A stretch of DNA of 26,050 nucleotides, taken from Deltaproteobacteria bacterium. GTDB taxonomy: Bacteria > Desulfobacterota > Binatia > Binatales > Binataceae. The translations under genes and the position numbers were made by a program. Positions 23,300 to 26,050 of this stretch are shown piece after piece (the stretch's first letter is position 1; every line of letters starts with the position of its first letter). The notes under the pieces are model-generated. The model was not told the DNA's origin. It ran no database searches and saw nothing but the letters and a program-made list of their open reading frames with translations. The stretch covers positions 1-26,050 of the forward strand of contig DAHZDR010000164.1 of assembly GCA_027403435.1 (NCBI GenBank). The letters are read 5' to 3'.

Positions 23300-25009
23300 C
23301 TAGCGGCGAATCAACAGACTGCGGATGAAGCGCGGGTCGATCGGCTGGGCCGGATCGATTTCGCCGAGATCCTCTTCGAGCAGATTGAGGCAGGAATTGA
23401 TGAAATCGGCCGAGCGCTTGCGCAGGTCGTCGCCGAGCCGCGCCGTCGTCAACTCGTCGATTCGCCGGCGGAACTCGTCGCTCAGCCGCGCCGGCCGGAC
23501 GCCCCGCGTGAGCATCGCCGCGCGCGCCGGCTCGATCTCGCCCGCTTCCAGCGGCTCGATCTTCAAGCTCCCGTCGATTGCGGCATGCGCCATCGCGGTC
23601 AGCAGAATCTGGCTCAGCCGGATATCAAAGCCCGCGATTTGCGCGCGGAAGCCCGGCCCCGCGATATCCAGGCCAAGCAGGGCGCGAAACAGCTCGGGCG
23701 CCGCGTTGAGCTGTTCGAGGATCGCGTAGCCAAGATGCAAATCGCGCATCGAAGAAAAATCGCGCCAGACCACCGCGCCTTTGCGATCCAATCCGCCGAA
23801 AAAACGCGGCCGCCGCTCCAGAAATCCGGCCAGCCCCTCGCGATAGGGCGAATCCAGATAGGGGATTTCGCGTCCCGCGGCCGGCGTCAGGCCGAAACGC
23901 CGCGTCGCCGCCTCGGCCCGCGTCCGCAAATCGATCGTCAGGCTGACGCCCAGTCGGAAAAGCAATTGCAGAGGCGTGGCGCGCAGATGCTCGATCGCGG
24001 TCTTCAAGTCGCCGCCCGCCAGATGCTCGAGGCCCAGATTCAGATAATTGTGCGTCATCTCGACCGTCAGCCGCACCGCCTCGAGATCGCCGAAATCGAC
24101 CGCCCGCGCCACCAGCACCTGGTTCGTGACGATCGCCATCTCGCTGCGCAACTGACGCCGTCCCTGCGCGGCGAAGCCCGCCGTCAGGGCGGCGTTGAAC
24201 AATGAATTTTCGGAATCCGCCAGGGCGGGCGCCAGTTCCGGCGAGATGATATCGGCCTCTTCGAGCGCGTCGCGGATGGGCGCGGCGTGCTGCGCCAGCA
24301 ACGCCGGAAAGGTCTGCGGGTTCAGATAGGCGAAAACGCTTTGCGCGTCGTAATAGTCGGGAAAGCCGCGATCCGCCAGCCGCGCGCCGCGGAACTGATA
24401 GGCCTGTTCCTCCATCTCCGCCTCGACGCCCCAGTAAATTTCCTCCATCAGCGCGGCGAAGTAGTTGTAATCGCGCTCGAAGCTCTCTTCGAGAAATTCC
24501 AGCAGATGCGCGTGAATCGAATCGTGCCGGATAAATTCGATCAGGTAATTCTCGTCGAATTGCACGAAGCTGTCGGACGGCGTGTCCGGCGAATCCTGCG
24601 GATCGGCCACCCGATGCACCCGGATATATTGGCGCAGCAGCAGCGATACCAGCTCCAGGTCAAGCTCCATCAGGCCGTCGGCCAGCAGCTTGCGCCCGCC
24701 GTCGGCCATCGCCTCAATCCATTCGCGCATCCGCGCCAGATTCGGCCGATCCTTGTCCCAGCAATCGAGATCGAACAGCCAGCGCACTTGTTCCGGCGCC
24801 GAAAGTTCGAGCAGGTCGCCGGCGTCGGCCGTCCCGATTTCCTTGAGCGTGTAGAAAAGCGTCTCCGGCGTGAACGATTGCACCAGCCGTTGGGCCTCGG
24901 GAGCCGAAAGAATCAGGTCGCGCTTCTGGCGCGCGGGCAAGCCGTAGAGAAACTCCAGTTTCTCCTGAAACGGTAAATTGAGAAATGCTTCCTGCTTTGC
25001 GTCAGGCAT
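23300..25009 (-). CDS. DUF6178-like acidic helical protein of unknown function, about 569 aa
   Basis: FYTLKEIG, PEQVRWLFDLDCW and E-x-AYQFRGARLADRGFPD resemble the DUF6178 family as I recall it (not verified). Start set at MPDAKQ. Confidence 0.7.
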   Translation of the reverse strand: MPDAKQEAFLNLPFQEKLEFLYGLPARQKRDLILSAPEAQRLVQSFTPETLFYTLKEIGTADAGDLLELSAPEQVRWLFDLDCWDKDRPNLARMREWIEAMADGGRKLLADGLMELDLELVSLLLRQYIRVHRVADPQDSPDTPSDSFVQFDENYLIEFIRHDSIHAHLLEFLEESFERDYNYFAALMEEIYWGVEAEMEEQAYQFRGARLADRGFPDYYDAQSVFAYLNPQTFPALLAQHAAPIRDALEEADIISPELAPALADSENSLFNAALTAGFAAQGRRQLRSEMAIVTNQVLVARAVDFGDLEAVRLTVEMTHNYLNLGLEHLAGGDLKTAIEHLRATPLQLLFRLGVSLTIDLRTRAEAATRRFGLTPAAGREIPYLDSPYREGLAGFLERRPRFFGGLDRKGAVVWRDFSSMRDLHLGYAILEQLNAAPELFRALLGLDIAGPGFRAQIAGFDIRLSQILLTAMAHAAIDGSLKIEPLEAGEIEPARAAMLTRGVRPARLSDEFRRRIDELTTARLGDDLRKRSADFINSCLNLLEEDLGEIDPAQPIDPRFIRSLLIRR

Positions 25010-25112
25010 ATGCGAACTTTGCGCGGCGCGCGTCCGAGGGTGAACGATACCGCCCGTATCGCCAGCCAATCAAGGCGGCCTGCCGCCGCCCGCTCCGCGC
25101 CCGTCCGCGCGA

Positions 25113-25121
25113 TGCTACACT
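25113..25121 (+). promoter_or_regulatory. Extended -10 element TG-c-TACACT upstream of thiD
   Basis: Lies 9 nt before ATG 25131, with no Shine-Dalgarno in between. Confidence 0.4.
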
Positions 25122-25130
25122 ATTTTTCCG

Positions 25131-25967
25131 ATGGCGAATGCGACCGCGAGCAAATCCGCGCCCCCGGCCGTCGCGATGACGATCGCGGGCGGCGATCCCG
25201 GCGGCGGCGCCGGAATTCAGGCCGACCTCAAGACCTTCGCCGCCTATCGCGTGCACGGATTCTCCGTGCTCACCGCGGTGATCGCCCAGAACAGCGCCCG
25301 CGTCGATCGCGTCGCGCCGGTCGCGCCCGCGCTAGTCGCCGCGCAGATCGCCACCCTTGTCGCCGAACGCCGTCCCGACGCGCTCAAGACCGGCGCGCTG
25401 GCCGACGCCGCGATCGTCCGCGCCGTCGCCCGCGCGATCGTCCGCTTCAAGCTGCCGGCGCCGATCGTCGATCCCGTGATGGTTGCGACCAGCGGCGCCC
25501 GCCTGCTCGATCCGGCCGGCGCCCGCGCGCTCGTCAAATCGCTGCTGCCGATCGCGCGCCTGGTCACGCCCAATCTGCATGAGGCCGAGGCGCTCAGCGG
25601 AATCGAAATCGCCGGTCCGTCCGCCGCGCGCGCCGCCGCCCGCGCGATCTCTCGGCTGGGTCCGCGCGCCGTCCTGATCAAGGGCGGCCATCCGCCGCGC
25701 GACGCCGCCGCCGGATCGCGCCGCCTTGTCGATCTGCTCTTCGACGGCCGCGCGTTTACCGAATTCTCCGCGCCGCGAGTGTCCGGCGCCGGCGCGCATG
25801 GCACGGGATGCGCCTTTTCCGCCGCGATCGCCGCCGGCCTGGCCCGTGGAATGGCGCTCGACGAGGCGATTGTCGCGGCCCAGCGCTATCTCGGCCGCGC
25901 CTTGCGCGCCGCCTATCGCCTCGCGCCGGCGGGCCGTCCGCTGCTCGCTCATGGCGTAAGGCCGTGA
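25131..25967 (+). CDS. thiD: Hydroxymethylpyrimidine/phosphomethylpyrimidine kinase, 278 aa
   Basis: TIAGGDPGGGAGIQADLKTF, KTGAL, VDPVMVATSG, VTPNLHEA, LIKGGH and HGTGCAFSAAIAA. Confidence 0.94.
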   Translation: MANATASKSAPPAVAMTIAGGDPGGGAGIQADLKTFAAYRVHGFSVLTAVIAQNSARVDRVAPVAPALVAAQIATLVAERRPDALKTGALADAAIVRAVARAIVRFKLPAPIVDPVMVATSGARLLDPAGARALVKSLLPIARLVTPNLHEAEALSGIEIAGPSAARAAARAISRLGPRAVLIKGGHPPRDAAAGSRRLVDLLFDGRAFTEFSAPRVSGAGAHGTGCAFSAAIAAGLARGMALDEAIVAAQRYLGRALRAAYRLAPAGRPLLAHGVRP

Positions 25968-25993
25968 CGCCGGCCTGACGGCGGCAATTCCGC

Positions 25994-26050
25994 TTATCCG
26001 ACCAGCTCTTTTATGGCGGCGTGGAAGTTATGGCTCCGTTCGCCGCCGCC
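25994..26050 (-). CDS. Possible 3' end of a downstream convergent gene (GGGERSHNFHAAIKELVG*)
   Basis: Open frame from the window edge to TAA at 25996-25994. It is too short to assign. Confidence 0.3.
   Translation of the reverse strand, partial: GGGERSHNFHAAIKELVG

Noticed and set aside
25010-25130. TPP riboswitch upstream of thiD
   Set aside because: The conserved TPP aptamer core (GGG...CTGAGA...ACCTG) is not present, and the promoter-like -10 leaves almost no leader.
1-26050. CRISPR arrays, tRNA/rRNA, IS elements, prophage or defence systems
   Set aside because: I saw no regularly spaced repeats, tRNA cloverleaf motifs, transposase/integrase motifs or known defence domains. The intergenic gaps are short (under 320 bp) and explained by promoters and hairpins.

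Overview
GC-rich (about two-thirds GC by eye) bacterial chromosomal backbone. I found no CRISPR, tRNA/rRNA, transposase or phage genes. The gene mix (luciferase-like monooxygenase, DUF6178-like protein, GldAFG-like ABC module) suggests a deltaproteobacterial-type lineage such as Ca. Binatia; this is inference only. Left to right: LLM monooxygenase and HSD10-type SDR (+); a tightly coupled ECF sigma / zinc anti-sigma / secreted-protein operon (-); polA (-); a GldA/GldF/GldG-like ABC exporter plus DUF4340 protein (+); acpS (-); ferredoxin and GNAT (+); ABM monooxygenase (-); acyl-CoA dehydrogenase (+); SDR, UDP-glucuronate decarboxylase, DegT aminotransferase, LysM L,D-transpeptidase and pcrA/uvrD (all -); rlmE and a lipoprotein-DUF151-PDZ fusion (+); DUF6178-like protein (-); thiD (+). 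Many ORF-track entries have over-extended starts or are antisense shadows, and I corrected them. Best leads: (1) the same ECF-type promoter motif, TGAAT-N16-CGTCWA, lies upstream of both the ECF operon and the Gld-like ABC/DUF4340 operon on either side of polA, suggesting an undescribed ECF-controlled envelope export regulon; (2) a predicted lipoprotein fusing a DUF151 'bifunctional nuclease' domain to an HtrA-type PDZ domain; (3) a UXS plus aminotransferase pair that could make a 4-amino-pentose; (4) several perfect inverted and direct repeats in intergenic control regions. All family assignments come from motif recognition, not database searches.
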